Source: Geosiphon pyriformis uo1 (Eukaryota; Fungi; Glomeromycota). Taken from it: DNA of 64,000 nt. The position numbers and the translations under genes are program-made. Shown one piece after another: positions 36,175 through 49,494 of this stretch (its first letter is position 1; the number at the start of each line of letters is the position of its first letter). The notes beneath the pieces were generated by a model. That model saw only the letters and a program-made list of their open reading frames with translations, was not told the DNA's origin and did not search any database. The DNA is taken from contig JAAOMT010000128.1 in the NCBI GenBank assembly GCA_016748015.1, positions 565,538 to 629,537 on the forward strand, in the 5' to 3' direction.

Positions 36175-37728
36175 ATGGGTGATTATTTATACCTGCCACA
36201 AGAATCAAAAGAACACTTTGAAGCACACAACAAAAACAATCTAGACTTTATTGAACTCAATCCTTTGCCCTTCTGCTTGATTTGCTTTCCTATTGAAAAA
36301 CAATCCAGTAGACAATTCCAAGACTTTTGGAACTGGTTTCTAAAGGAGCATTCAGCTGAAACCTACACAGCCTATACAACTTATTACTTTGATTAAGCTT
36401 ATTTTGAAGACAACTTTGAAGAAAAAAACAACAGTATTAATCAGCTTTTATATTCCACAACTTTTGAACAACAGCTTTTTGATTTCGAATATTTGAATTA
36501 TCAAATCTATACTTGGATTGCTGCTCATTAATCAACTGAAACTTTTTTTGAAACAGAAGAAAAAAGCTATTAAACTGCTCCTGTTTTTGATCTCTTCTTA
36601 AGTGAATTAGATTATTCTACTTAAACAGTAACTCCTGAACCAATGGCTAATGATCCTATACAACAGAACATCCTGATTGCCCTCCAAGACATACAAACTG
36701 CTTTAGGGCAAAAAAACAATATCCCACTATCATTATTCAGAGGTGATGCACAAGATCCAATTAAATGGTTGAATAACTTTGAAAGAGATGCCACAGCCAA
36801 CCAATATGATAATGAATATAAGTTCCAAATTGTTGGTGGCTACCTTCAAGGCTCTTTTTTTACTTGGTTCTTACAAAAAACCAATGTCAATGTTCAGCAA
36901 AAAATCATTAGATGGGCACCAGCAAATGCCAAAGAAGACAATATCTTTTTTACTACTCAGTTTGAAATGAAATTTAGAACTCTTATTTTGATATTTAAAT
37001 GGCACATGGAACTAGAAAAAAGAACCCAAGGTCCTGGTGAAGTGGTAACTGAATATGCCAAAGCTATCAGAAAGCTAATTAAAAGAGTAGACTCTGAAAG
37101 AAACTGGACAGAAGAACAAAAGATTCATTCTTTTACAAAAAGATTGAGAACAAATCTGTCCTATGCTCTTTGGCCCCTCCTGGCCCTAAAAAACAATTCC
37201 ACAATAGACATGGCCATTGAACTTGTCCAACGAATTGAAGACAACCAAAAGATGTACTTGGAATCCACACTTCCAGTTTTTGCTCCTGCTCTTGTTATGG
37301 CTCTTGTTTTCCAAATGGCTGCTACTTCTTTTGCTGCTCAAACTCAAGACCCAAATGAACAGTTAATAGATAGACTCACAGCTAATTTTGTCTGGTTACT
37401 GGAACCCTTAGTCCAAGCAGTCAAAGAGAATTAACAAACCCAAAGATCCAGATTTGAACTCCATTTTAATCAATCCCAGCAACTTTCTTATCAAAGACAA
37501 CAAAATCATGGCTCACCTGTGTGTTATCACTGTAGATTAACTGGACATTTCTTCAGAGATTGTAACAATTCTCCCTTGCCTCTTCCAGCTCCCAGAAACA
37601 ATGACAATTAAAACAACAGAACTATTAACAACAATGTCCACAATCAAAGACTCAATCATGCCAACATCAATTTCTTTAAAGAAGATTTCTTAGTTAAAGC
37701 CACTGTTTATTAGCCTTTAAACTGGTAA
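36175..37728 (+). pseudogene. gag: A3 gag
   Basis: MGDYLYLPQ..., LFRGDAQDPIKW, CCHC knuckle. Confidence 0.88.
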
Positions 37729-40407
37729 GTGCACCTCCAAAGGGTAATAGTGCAAGCCAACCAGAAGAAAACCTCTTTTATGCTTTTAACCTAACTGATG
37801 ATGACAATGATATGGATGAACTAACAATCAACATCTCTGAATCAACCAAAAAGAAGAAAAAAGCCAAAGTTGATTTTGCTCTGGACCCAAACAAAACATT
37901 CAAATCAACTGTTAATAACAATAAGCTACCAAAAGCTAAAGTCTTTAAGAATCTTCCAAAGTTGAAATCCCCAAAAATTGTACAAAAATCTGGACCCTAT
38001 TTTGTTGTCAAAGATCTTATGAAAACATCTGCTTACATTATCTTTGGCCAGTTAATAATCCATCTCCAATTCAGTAAAGATCTTTGCAAATCTTTGATTC
38101 CCAAGAAAAAGACACCAAAGACCAACAAGCATCCATGCCAAGCTGAACTTGCTAACAACAGCAATGTTACTCCTTTTATTTGTAAAGCCCAAGTGGTTGG
38201 TTACTTTATTGATCTGATCCTGAACAGTAGATCATCTGTTAGCATCATTGCCAAACACTTTTAGAAGCAATTGGCAGAAAAATTGATGAACCATTCACAA
38301 GACCAATGACTAATATACATGGTGACAAAAAGAAAAGTCTGGGCATAGCCAAAGCTGTTCCTATCCAAATCAATGACATCAGCATTGAAACTGACATGAA
38401 AGTATCTGAAGTGAAAGAATACACCATAATAGTTGGCAATAAATGGCTCAAAAAAGCAAAAGCCTTGCTTGATTATGAACTCTGTGAACTGATCATCAGA
38501 TGTAATGAGAAACCCATCATGGTTAAGTGTTACCATTGGACAACTTTTTCAGTATCCAAACAAAGCCAAAAAGAAGAGCAATCAGACAAATCAGATGATA
38601 AAGAAAGTGAAGAAGAAGATGAACAAGAAGAACAAAAAGAAACTGCTGAACTTGCCTACACCATCTTTACTAGTAATAGCAAACCATTAAATAATGTCAA
38701 AGCAAATAAAGAAAGAATCATGGTAAATGACAAGCAGATCTGCTGGTCTTATTATGATATCCTCAGAAGAACCTTTGATAGAAAACCTGGTAAGAAAGCA
38801 AAATACAGTTATTGGTAACATGGTCTTTGTGCCAGGTGCTGGTGTGATAAACTTCTGTATTCTCCTAGTGATAAATGTAAGTCCTGCCTAATTTATTACA
38901 AAGATTGGAAGCCAATTAGTTTGATATCCAGAGAAGAACTAAAAGAAGTACAAAAGTCCTTTAAGAATGAACCATCTGAAATCTAATCACTAGTTGTAGA
39001 ACAAAGAGAATCTTCCTCTGAAGAAAGAAAAGTAGACATTGAAAATCTGTTGGCTAGGAATAGCCCAGTTATCTTAAAAGAAAGTAATACCTCTGAACGA
39101 ACTCATGTAATACAACATACTATTACCACAAAAGAAACTTGTCCAATCCATTGAAGCCTTATTAATCCAATCAACACAATGATGAGTTTATCAAGAAAAA
39201 GATAAACCAAATGAAAAATCTTGAATTTATACAAGAAACCAAGAGTGAATGAACTTTTCCAGTTGTAGTGGTATCCAAAAAAAGTGGAACCCTATGCTTC
39301 TGTGTTGACTACCACCAACTAAATGCCATCACTATAAGAAACATGTACCCACTCCTTAAAATTAATGCAATGCTAGATAAATTGAATAGTGCTGCTTTTT
39401 TCTCAATTATTGACTTTACTGCTGAATTCTGGCAAGTAGAGATGAATCCAGAAAGCAAAAAAAAACTGCCTTTATTACCAAGTATGGCACCTATGAATTC
39501 ACAATCATGTTTTTTGGTCTCACCAATGCCTCTCCCACCTTTTAATGTCTAATGAACAAAGTATTTGAATCAGTAAAAGAAAACTTTGTTCTAGTTTACT
39601 TAGATGACATAATAGTCTACTCAAAAACCTGGGATGAACATCTTGAACATTTGCAGAAGGTTTTTGACTTGCTCAGAAATGCTGGCCTTAAAATCAACCC
39701 AATTAAATTTTTCTTTGAACACCAATCCACCCAGTTTTTTGGTCATCTTATTACAAAAGATGGAATCTTCTCTGACCTAGCTAAAGTTGAAAAAGTTCAA
39801 AACATTAGACAACCAATGAATGTTCTTGAACTATGCTCTTTTCTTAGTTTGGCTTTGTATTATCACAAATTTATCAAAAATTTCTCCAAAATCGCCTTTT
39901 CTTTCAATCAGCTACTCAGAAAAAATGTCAATTATTACTGGTGCATTTATTAACAAAAAGCTTTTGAAATTCTGAAGGAAAAACTTGTTACTAAACTAAT
40001 TCTCAAGCAACCTAATCTGGACCAATCTTTTATTCTTCACACTGATACATCCAACTATGGACTTGGTGCTGTTCTTTAACAAAAAGATGAAAATAGCAGA
40101 GAACATACTATAGAATATGCCAGTAGATTCCTCACACCAGCAAAAAAGAACTATTTAATTACTGAACAAGAATGTTTAGCAGTAGTTTGGACTACTAGTT
40201 ACTGGGATCAATATCTTTTTGGTGCAAAATTTTTAGTGGTAATAGATCATTAAGTCTTGGTTTGGCTGTGCAATAAAAAGAAGCTGGGAACACAAACAAA
40301 TAACTTACTGAATACTCCACTTGGATGAATTCAATTTTGATATTCAACACTGCAAAAGAGCAAATTAACAAAACACTAATGCTCTCTCTAGACTTATCAT
40401 CCAGTGA
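37716..40407 (+). pseudogene. pol: A3 pol (PR-RT-RNaseH)
   Basis: VYLDDII; ends LSRLIIQ*. Confidence 0.9.
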
Positions 40408-40465
40408 CAGTACAATCTCTCAAACCAAACCAACTTAATTATTAGTAACTCTTTCACAAACAAAC

Positions 40466-42453
40466 ATGATAATAGACTTAAAAAACTATTCTGCCTTAAT
40501 AGAATTTTTGGGTAAAGAATAATACCCACTAGAATACACTTGACAGTAAAGAGAACATTTGCACAAACAATTAAATTTCTATTTGATTTACCAAAACCAG
40601 CTATATAAAAAAAATAGAAAAGATCCTGACTGCTTTCAGAGAGTTATCAAATTTGAAGAAAGAGAAATTGTAATATACAACATGCATACTGACTCATTAG
40701 CTAGACACTTTGGAAAAACAAAGACAATTCAGAAAACTTTAGCTCACTATTATTGGCCTATCTTGGAAAAGGACATTGCTAAATACATCAAAACCTGTAA
40801 CATCTGCCAAAGAAAAAGCAAACCCAATCGCAAAGAAGATATCCATTCAATCTCTGTTGGTCAACCATTTAACAGAATTGGTATAGATGTTATTGGACTT
40901 TTAACAATAACTCCTGATGGCAACAGATACATTATCACAGCTACTAACTATCTTACAAAGTGAGTAGAAGCAAGAGCTACTCTTGACCAAACAGCAGTCT
41001 CAATAGCCAATTTCATTTATGAAGATATTATTTGCTGTCATGGCTGTTCCAAAGAACTTTTATCTGATAGAGAAAGAGCTTTTCTTAGTACACTGGTTGA
41101 AAAATTTTGTAGAAAAATGGAAATACATCATAAACTTTCCTCCTCTTATTACCCCCAAACAAATGGCTTAATAGAATATTTTAATAGAATACTATATAAA
41201 ACCCTAGCCAAAACCAGTGAAAAAACAAACTTATAGAACAAAGTACTGCCTTCCACTTTGTTTGCTTATAGAACTGTGAATCATAACATAACAAGTTATA
41301 AACTTTTTTATCTGCTCTATAGATGCATTGCAATACTACTGTTACAGTTGAAACTTATACTTCTTATTAATTATTACATGTATTAGCCACTAATGTCACA
41401 TAAATTAGCCACTCTATTTTTAGTAAGTAATCATTAACCTGATCAATGACCTGACTGTTGACCTGATAATTGAACACTTTTGACAGCTATATAAGTAATG
41501 AATCTCTTAACTGTAGAAAAGCATGAAAAAATTAAGGAAATTAAATAAATAAAATAACAACTTTCATCTCAATTTTTTTCTTATTGCTAATTTTCCTTTC
41601 CCTACTTTCAAGTATCTGAACATCTTAAAGATAAAAAATTACTTGTTGGTTATTTCCTACCCTTTTCCTGAGACGTGTAATTGCAGCATTTTAAGATTAT
41701 TAAATAAAACATGACTGAAGAGCACATCTAATACCTAATATTGAATTCTAAAAGTGCCAACATGAGATATAGAATTATACTAGATGTGATCATTTGTTAA
41801 TAGTACAAACTATCCTTCTATCTTTAGATTCTCTGGTTACTTTGAAAAGTATAGCAACTAAGATATTTTATGAGACTAATCTTGCACATTGAATCCATAC
41901 TGATTCAATTTGCTCTTTGAAGTTGAATTTCCTTTGATTATTTCCATCACTCTACAATCTTGTTCTCTCTTGCTATCCATTAACTTGTTATTCCAACCCA
42001 TAACACTACCAATAAAAACTGACATTGAAACAATACTCTTTGAAGAGATCACAATAGAAAATTATAAAGATATTTTGTAAAGAAGACTTGGTACCATTTT
42101 TGACTCCTTGATAGAAGCACAAATAATTGCTTTTAAAAAGATAAAACAGTTCCAAGAAAAGCTTAAAAAAAAAAACCTATAAAACACTTTTTTTAAGTGT
42201 TGGTGACTTGGTATTAGAATACTATTCAGATAGAGACAATGTCTATGGTAATAAATTTTCTAGCCAGTGAAAAGAACCCTTTATAGTCAACAAAGTTTTG
42301 AACAATGGTTTTTATATTCTTCAAAATCAATCTGGAACAATTTTCAATAATCATCCTGTTCATGATACACAACTCAAAAAATATCATAAATGACCTGATT
42401 GGTTGCCTGTTGTGATAATACCGACTTAAATGATCAGTAAAAACCAAGTATAA
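40466..42453 (+). pseudogene. A3 integrase, split by the solo LTR
   Basis: HHCC finger, IGIDVI; continues after 42005. Confidence 0.87.
41340..42005 (+). repeat. Family A solo LTR
   Basis: TGTTACA..ATAACA, TSD CTAC (41336-41339 / 42006-42009), no PBS or PPT. Confidence 0.93.
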
Positions 42454-42580
42454 ATAAATCCACTATTCCCAAAACAAAGGTATCTTTAATCGACATAAAC
42501 AATTATTTTTTAGATCAAAACTTTCAAAACACCTTCTATACTCTTTATGAGTATTAGATCAAAAACTATCCAAATGCTAT

Positions 42581-42985
42581 TGTTACAAATTGGAGTAACA
42601 AGCTAATAGATAGCAAGGGAGAACAGGTTTGTAGAATAATGAAAGGAATCAAAAAGAATTCAACTTCAAAGAGTGAATTAAATAAGTATGGATTCAATAT
42701 GTAAGATCAGTCTTATAAAATATCTCAATTGCTATACTTTTCAAAAGATAATCAGAAAATCTGAAAGTAGAGGGATAGTCTGTACTGTCAACAAATAATC
42801 ATGCTTAGTATAATTCTATGTCTTATGTCAGCATTCTTAGAATTCAATATCAGGTATTAGATGTATTTTTCAGTTATGTTTTATTTAATAATCTTTAAAT
42901 GCTGCTATTATATGTTTCAAGAAAAGGGTAAAGAATAACCAACAAGTAGTCTTTTATCCCAAAACATTCAGATATTTGAAGATAA
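42581..42985 (-). repeat. Family A LTR fragment inserted in A3 ORF-X and itself interrupted by A4
   Basis: Starts TGTTACAAATTGGAGTAAC (LTR 3' end on minus). Confidence 0.85.
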
Positions 42986-43651
42986 TGTTACGGGTTGGAG
43001 TAACAAGTTAATAACTAGCAAGGGAGAACAGTATTGTATGGTGATGGAAATAAACAAAGAAAGAATTACAATAAGAGAGTGAATTGAATAAGTAGGAATT
43101 CAATGTGCATGATCAGTCTCATAAAAATCACAGTCGCTAATTTTTTCTTAAATCTGAAGGTAGAGAAATAGTCCATGATTGTCAACAAGATAATACCGCT
43201 GCTATTATTCTATGCCTCAACTTGGCGATTCTTAGAATCAATAACAGGTATCATTGTACTTTTCAATTGTTTCTTTATTCAATGAATTACAAGAGCAAGC
43301 CAATTGCTTCTCAGGCTAATTCTAACAAATACAAATCAAGAAAGAGAAAAGATAAGGTATGTGAATGCCAACAAGTAGATACTTGAAAGTAAGGAAAGGG
43401 GAATAAGCGATTATGAGAGGAAGTAATTAATATTGTTTATTTTGTTACTTTGATCATGTCTTTTTACAGCTAAGAGAATTATTGCTTATATAGCTATCTA
43501 AAGTGGTCAATGACCAGGTTAACGATCAGGTCAATGATTAGGTCATTGATCAGGTCAACAATCACTATCTAAAAATAGAGTGGCTAATTATATGACATCA
43601 GTGGCTAATACATGTAATAATTAATAAAAACTATGTGTTTCAACCATAACA
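42986..43651 (-). repeat. A4 3' LTR
   Basis: TGTTA..TAACA; repeat of 49495-50220. Confidence 0.92.
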
Positions 43652-44277
43652 TCATTCTCTCCAAAGAGATTGAGCTCTGGCGAAATCAAACTATTTATGG
43701 GATAGTCTATGTGAAGGGTTTTGTCTAACTCAAAACTAACTAGTTTGTTGAAGTCTTTTGTGGATAAAGTATATAGTACTTGAGGCGAAATAAGCTTTGT
43801 ATCCAAGAGACCAAATTTTTGTATAAGAGTTCTGGCTTTTCTTGCAATGGTCAAAACTCTTGGGACATCTAAATGTATAATGTCCAAAATTTCCACTTGT
43901 ATCTCTGAAGTTGTTTTCTTCATGAGCTTCATGTCTTCTATGATTTTACCAAGATAACCATAGAGTTCTAGTTGTCTTCCATATGACAAGTTTTTGTCTA
44001 TGGGCAAGATTTCTTGTATTGTTTTTCCAATTGTGCTGGAAGGTGAAAGTATCACTGCTGTTATGCTTTCCAGCAGGTATTTATTCATTTTGCCACCAAT
44101 TCTTTCTCTTCTGGTAGTTGTTTTCTTTGGTCTAATAACAGTGTGAGTTCCACTGTTGTCTGTTATAGTGGTTTGTTTTCTGATAGTCAGAGTAGCATTT
44201 AGATAATTCTTGATCCAGTACTCATGAAAAGTATAGAAAGCATTTTGAATGTTTTGATCCAGGAAATAATTGTTCAT
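43621..44277 (-). CDS. A4 ORF-X, intact 218 aa
   Basis: Open frame, same length as A1 ORF-X. Confidence 0.8.
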   Translation of the reverse strand: MNNYFLDQNIQNAFYTFHEYWIKNYLNATLTIRKQTTITDNSGTHTVIRPKKTTTRRERIGGKMNKYLLESITAVILSPSSTIGKTIQEILPIDKNLSYGRQLELYGYLGKIIEDMKLMKKTTSEIQVEILDIIHLDVPRVLTIARKARTLIQKFGLLDTKLISPQVLYTLSTKDFNKLVSFELDKTLHIDYPINSLISPELNLFGENDVMVETHSFY

Positions 44278-44318
44278 GTTGATTGAAGATACCTCTGTTT
44301 TGGGAATGGTGCATTTAT

Positions 44319-45638
44319 TTATATCTAATTTTTGCTGATCATTTGGGTCGGTATTATTACAACAGGTAACCAATCAGGTCGTTTGTGATATTTCTTGAGT
44401 TGTGTGCCATGAACAGAATGATCACTGAATATTGTTCCATATTAATCTTATAAGATATAAGAACCATTGTTCAAAACTTTGTTGACTATAAAGGGTCCTT
44501 TCCACTGGCTAGAGAATTTATCACCATAGACATTGTCTCTGTCTGAACAGTATTCCAAAACTAAGTCACCAATACTTAAAGAAAGTGTTTTATAGATCTT
44601 TTTCTTTTTGAGCTTCTTTTGAAACTGTTTTATCTTTTCAAAGGCAATTATCTGTGCTTTTACCAATGAGTCAAGAATGATACCAAGTCTTCTTTGCAAA
44701 ATGTTCTTGTAATCTCCTATTGTTATTTCTTCAAAAGGTATTGTTTCTATATTCGTTTCTATTGGTAGAGTTGTCATTCATCCATAGAGCAGATAAAAGG
44801 GTTCATAACTTGTTATGTCATAATTCACAGTTCTGTAAGCAAACAAGGCTGAAAGCAATATTTTGTTCCATAGGTTGGTTTCTTCACTGGTTTTGGCTAG
44901 GGTTTCACATAGTGTTCTATTGAAATATTCCACTAGGCTATTTGTTTGGAGGTGATAAGGGGAAGAGAGTTTATGACGTATTCCCATTTTTCTGCAAAGT
45001 TCTTCAACCAGTGTACTGAGAAAAGCTCTTCCTCTATTAGATAAAAGTTCTTTGGGGCAGCTGTGGTGACAGATAATATCTTCATAAATGAAATTGGCAA
45101 TTGAGACTGCTGTTTGATCCGGGGTGGTTCTTGCTTCTACCCACTTTGTAAGATAGTTAATAGCTGTAATAATGTATCTGTTGCCATCAGGAGTTACTGT
45201 TAAAGATCCAACAACATCTATACCAATTCTATCAAATAGTTAACCAACAGAGATTGGATGGATATCTTCCTTGTGATTGGGTTTTCCTCTTCTTTGGCAG
45301 GTATCACAGGTTTTGATGTATTTAGCAATGTCTTTTCCCAAGGTAGGCCAATAATAGCGAGCTAAAGTTTTCTGAATTGTTTTTGTTTTTCCAAAGTGTC
45401 CAGCTAATGGATCAGTGTGCATATTATAGATCACAATTTCTTTTTCTTCAAATCTAATGACTCTTTGGGGGTGGTCAGGATCTTTTTTATTTCTTTTATA
45501 TAACTGGTTCTGGCGAATCAAATAAAAATTTAATTGTTTGCACAAATGTTCTCTTTGCTGTCAAGTATAGTCCAGCAGATATTGTCTTTTACCCAAAAAT
45601 TTCATTAAAGCAGAGTAGTTGTCCAAGTCTATTATCAT
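44319..45638 (-). pseudogene. A4 integrase
   Basis: HTDPLAGHFG..CDTC, SPYHLQTNSLVE, WKGPF. Confidence 0.9.
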
Positions 45639-45697
45639 GTTTGTTTGTGGGGGAGTTACAAATAATTAAGTTGGTTTGGTTTGAGAGGGTTTTACTA

Positions 45698-48369
45698 TCA
45701 CTGGATAGTAAGTCTGGAGAGAGCATTGGCGTTTTGATGATTAGCTCCTTTGCAGTATTGAATATCATAGTCGAATTTGTCCAAGTGGAGTATCCAGCAA
45801 GTTATCTGTTTATGTTCCAGATTTCTTTTGTTGCATAGCCAAACCAAAGCTTGGTGATCTGTTACCACCAAAAATTTCACACCCTTAAAATATTTGTTCC
45901 AGTAGCTGGTAGCCCAAACTACTGCTAAGCATTCCTGCTTAGTAACTGAGTAATTCCTTTCTGCTGGTGTAAGAGTTCTACTGGCATATGCTATGGCGTG
46001 TTCTCTGTTATCTTCATCTTTTTGGGAAAAAACAGCACCAATTCTATAGCCAGATGCATCAGTGTGGAAGATAAAAGGTTGATCCAAATTAGGTTGCATG
46101 AGGATGGGTTCTGTAACCAGTTTTTCCTTCAGAATTTCAAATGCTTTTTGTTGATGAGTGCCCCAGTGATAATTGATGTTTTTCCTAAGTAGCTGATTGA
46201 GAGGAGCAGTGATTTTGGAGAAATTCTTGACAAACTTGTGATAATAAGAGGCCAAACCAAGAAAAGAGCGTAGTTCATGAACATTCATTGGTTGTCTAAT
46301 GTTTTGAACTTTTTCAATTTTGGCTGAATCAGGGAAGATTCCATCTTTTGTAATAAGATGGCCAAAGAACTGGGTGGATTGACGTTCAAAAAATAATTTG
46401 ATTGGATTGATCTTGAGACCAGCATTTCTAAGGAGGTCAAAAACCTTTTGCAAATGTTCAAGGTGTTCATCCCAGGTTTTTGAGTATACCATTATGTCAT
46501 CCAAGTAGACTAGAACAAAGTTTTCTTTTACTAATTCAAATACTTTGTCCATTAAGCGTTGAAATGTGGGAGGAGCATTTGTGAGACCAAAAGGCATGAC
46601 TGTGAACTCATAGGTACCATATTTGGTGATGAAGGCAGTTTTCTTTCTGCTTTCTGGATCCATCTCTACTTGTCAGAATCCAGCAGTTAAGTCAATGGTT
46701 GAGAAGAAAGCGGCACCATGGAATTGGTCTAGCATTGCATCAATCTTGAGAAGTGGGTACATGTCTCTTTCAGTAATAGCATTTAATTGGCAATAATTAA
46801 CACAAAAGCATAAGATTCTTCTTTTCTTGGATACCACTACAACTGGGAATGCCCATTTACTCTTGGTTTCCTGTATGAATCCAAGGGTTTTCATTCGGGT
46901 TATTTCCTTTTTGATAAACTCATTATTGTGCCAGTTGGATTGATAAGGCTTCAAATGGATGGGGCGAGTTTCTCTGGTGATGATGGTGTGTTGTATCACA
47001 TGTGTACATCCAGGAGGTTCACCTTCTTTTGAGATAACTGGGCTGTTTCTAGCCAGCAGGTTTTCAATGTCTACTTTTCTTTCTTCTGGAGAGGATTGTC
47101 TTTGTTCTACAACCAGTGATTGGATTTCAGGTGGTTCATTTTCAAAGGACTTTTGGACTTCTTTTATTTCCTCTTGGGGTATTAAGCTAATTGGTTCCCA
47201 ATTTTTGTAATAGATTAGGCAGGACATGCATTCATCGCTAGGAGAATACAATGGTTTGTCGCACCAGCACCGGGCACAAGGACCATACCACCAATAACTG
47301 TATTTAGCTTTCTTGCCTGGCTTTCTGTCAAAGGTTCTTCTGAGCATGTCATAATAAGGCCAGCAGATCAGCTTGCCATTGACAATAATTCCTTCTTTAT
47401 CTGCCTTAACATTATCCAGTGGTTTGTCATTGTTAGTGAAGATGGTATAGGCGAGTTCAGCAGTTTCTTCTTGTTCTTCTTGTTCTTCTTCTTCCTCACT
47501 TTCTTCATCATCTGATTCATCTGATTCATTTTCTTCTGGGCTCTGCTTGGGTACTGGGGGAGTTGTCCAATGGCGACACTTAACCACAATGGGTTTCTCA
47601 CCACATCTAATGGTTAGTTCACAGAGTTCATAATCAAGCAAAGTTTTTGCTTTCTTGAGCCATTCATTGCCAACAATGATGGTGTATTCTTTTGCTTCAG
47701 ACACTTCCATATCAGTTTCAATGCTGATGCCATTGATGCGGACAGGAATAGCTTTGGCTATGCCAAGTCCTTTCTTCTTATCACCATGTACATTGGTCAT
47801 TGGTTGTGTGGATGGTTCATCAATTTTTCTGCCAATTGCTTCAAGAAAGTGTTTGGCAATAACACTAACAGATAATCCACTGTCTAGGATCAAATCAATG
47901 AAGTAGCCAGCCATTTGGGCTTTACAAATTAGAGGAGTGACATTGCTATTGTCAGCAAGTCCAGCTTGGTGAGGGCGTTTGTTGGTTTTGGGTGTCTTTT
48001 TCTTTGAAATCAGGGATTTGCGAAGATCTTTTCTGAATTGTGGATGGGTCATCAATTGGCCAAAGGTTATATGTGTTGGGGTTTCCATAAGGTCTTTGAC
48101 AACAGAATAGGGACCGGATTTTTGTACTATTTCTGGGGGTTCCAACTTTGGAGGGTTCTTGAAAACTTTGGCTTTTGGGGGCTCATTGTTGTCAGCAGTT
48201 GATGTAGAAGCTTTATTGGGGTCTAGAACGAAATCAACTTTGGCTTTCTTCTTCTTTCTTGTGGATTCAAAGGGGTTGATTGCTAATTCATCTATGTCAT
48301 GGTCATCATCAGTTAAGTTAAAAGCATAAAAGGGGTTTTCTTCTGGTTGGCTTGCACTCTTACCCTTTG
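45698..48369 (-). pseudogene. pol: A4 pol (PR-RT-RNaseH), one TGG>TGA stop at 46673
   Basis: 490-aa and 321-aa ORFs in one frame; LILDSG, MPFGLTNAP, YLDD, DASG. Confidence 0.95.
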
Positions 48370-48388
48370 AGATGTGTATAAGAGACAG
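48370..48388 (+). other. Tn5 mosaic end / Nextera adapter (sequencing artefact)
   Basis: Exact AGATGTGTATAAGAGACAG; translates as VSYTHL on minus. Confidence 0.97.
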
Positions 48389-49442
48389 GTGCTAATTCAA
48401 TGGCCATATCCATGGTGGGATTATCTTTTAGGGCAAGGAGGGGCCAAAAAGCATACGATAGATCAGTTCTCAATCCTTTTGTAAAGGAGTGAATTTTCTG
48501 CTCTTTTGTCCAATTTCTTCCAGTGTCTACTCGTTTAATTAACTTTCTGATTGCTTTGGCGTATTTGGTTACAACTTCACTGGGATCTTGGGTTCTTCTT
48601 TCCAATTCCATATGCCATTTTGATATTAATATTGGGGTTCTGAACTTGTTTTCAAACTGGGTAGTAAAAGAAGTGTTAATTTCTCCCACATTTGTTGGTG
48701 TCCATCTAACAATTTTTTGCTGGGCATTGGCATCTGTTTCTTGTGAAAACCAGATAGCAGGAGATCCTTAAAGGTAGCCACCGACAATTTGGAACTTGTA
48801 CTCATCATCATATTGATTGGCTGTAGCGGCTCTTTCAAAGTCATCCAACCATTCAATTGGATCTTGTGCATCACTTCTAAATAATGGTATTGGGGTGTTG
48901 TTTCTTCGCCCTAGAACAGTTTGTATATCTTGGAGGGTGGCCAGAATGTTTGCTTGCATAGGGTCATTAGCCATTGGTTCAGGGGTAACTGTTTGTGTAG
49001 ATGAGTCTGATTTGCTTGATAAAAAATCAAAAACAGAGGCAGTTTGGTAGCTTTCTTCTTCTGTTTCAAAGGAAGTTTCAGTTGCTTGATGGATAGCAAT
49101 CCAAATGTGGATTTGATGATTCAGATATTCGAAATCAGAGGGCTGTTGTTCAAAGATTGCAGAATATAAGAGCTGATTGATACTGTTGTTTCTTTTTTCA
49201 AAGTTGTTTTCAAAATAAGCTTGGTCAAAGTAATAAGTTGTATAAGCTGTGTAGGTTTCAGCTGAATGCTCATTCAAGAACCAGTTTCAAAAGTCTTGGA
49301 ATTGTTTACTGGATTGTTCTTCAAAGGGGAAGCAGATCAAGCAGGAGAGCAGAGGATTAAGTTCAATGAAACTTTGGTCATTTCTGTTGTGTACTGCAAA
49401 GTATTCTTCTGATTGCTGTGGCAGATATGAGTAATTACCCAT
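48389..49442 (-). pseudogene. gag: A4 gag (C-terminal ~500 bp absent at the adapter)
   Basis: LFRSDAQDPIEWLDDFERAATANQY. Confidence 0.88.
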
Positions 49443-49494
49443 ACAATGAGGGAATAAGTGAATTTTGACAACCTCACAGGGAGCACCACTTTTA

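Larger units (their letters stand above)
35490..42580 (+). mobile_element. Family A copy A3 (3' end not seen; contains a solo LTR)
   Basis: 5' LTR 35490-36122, PBS 36129-36145, gag, pol, IN, start of ORF-X. Confidence 0.92.

Noticed and set aside
48360-48689. Novel gag C-terminus APVSYTHLKG, or a natural Tn5 insertion
   Set aside because: Translation of a library adapter; no transposase, no second end and no 9-bp duplication
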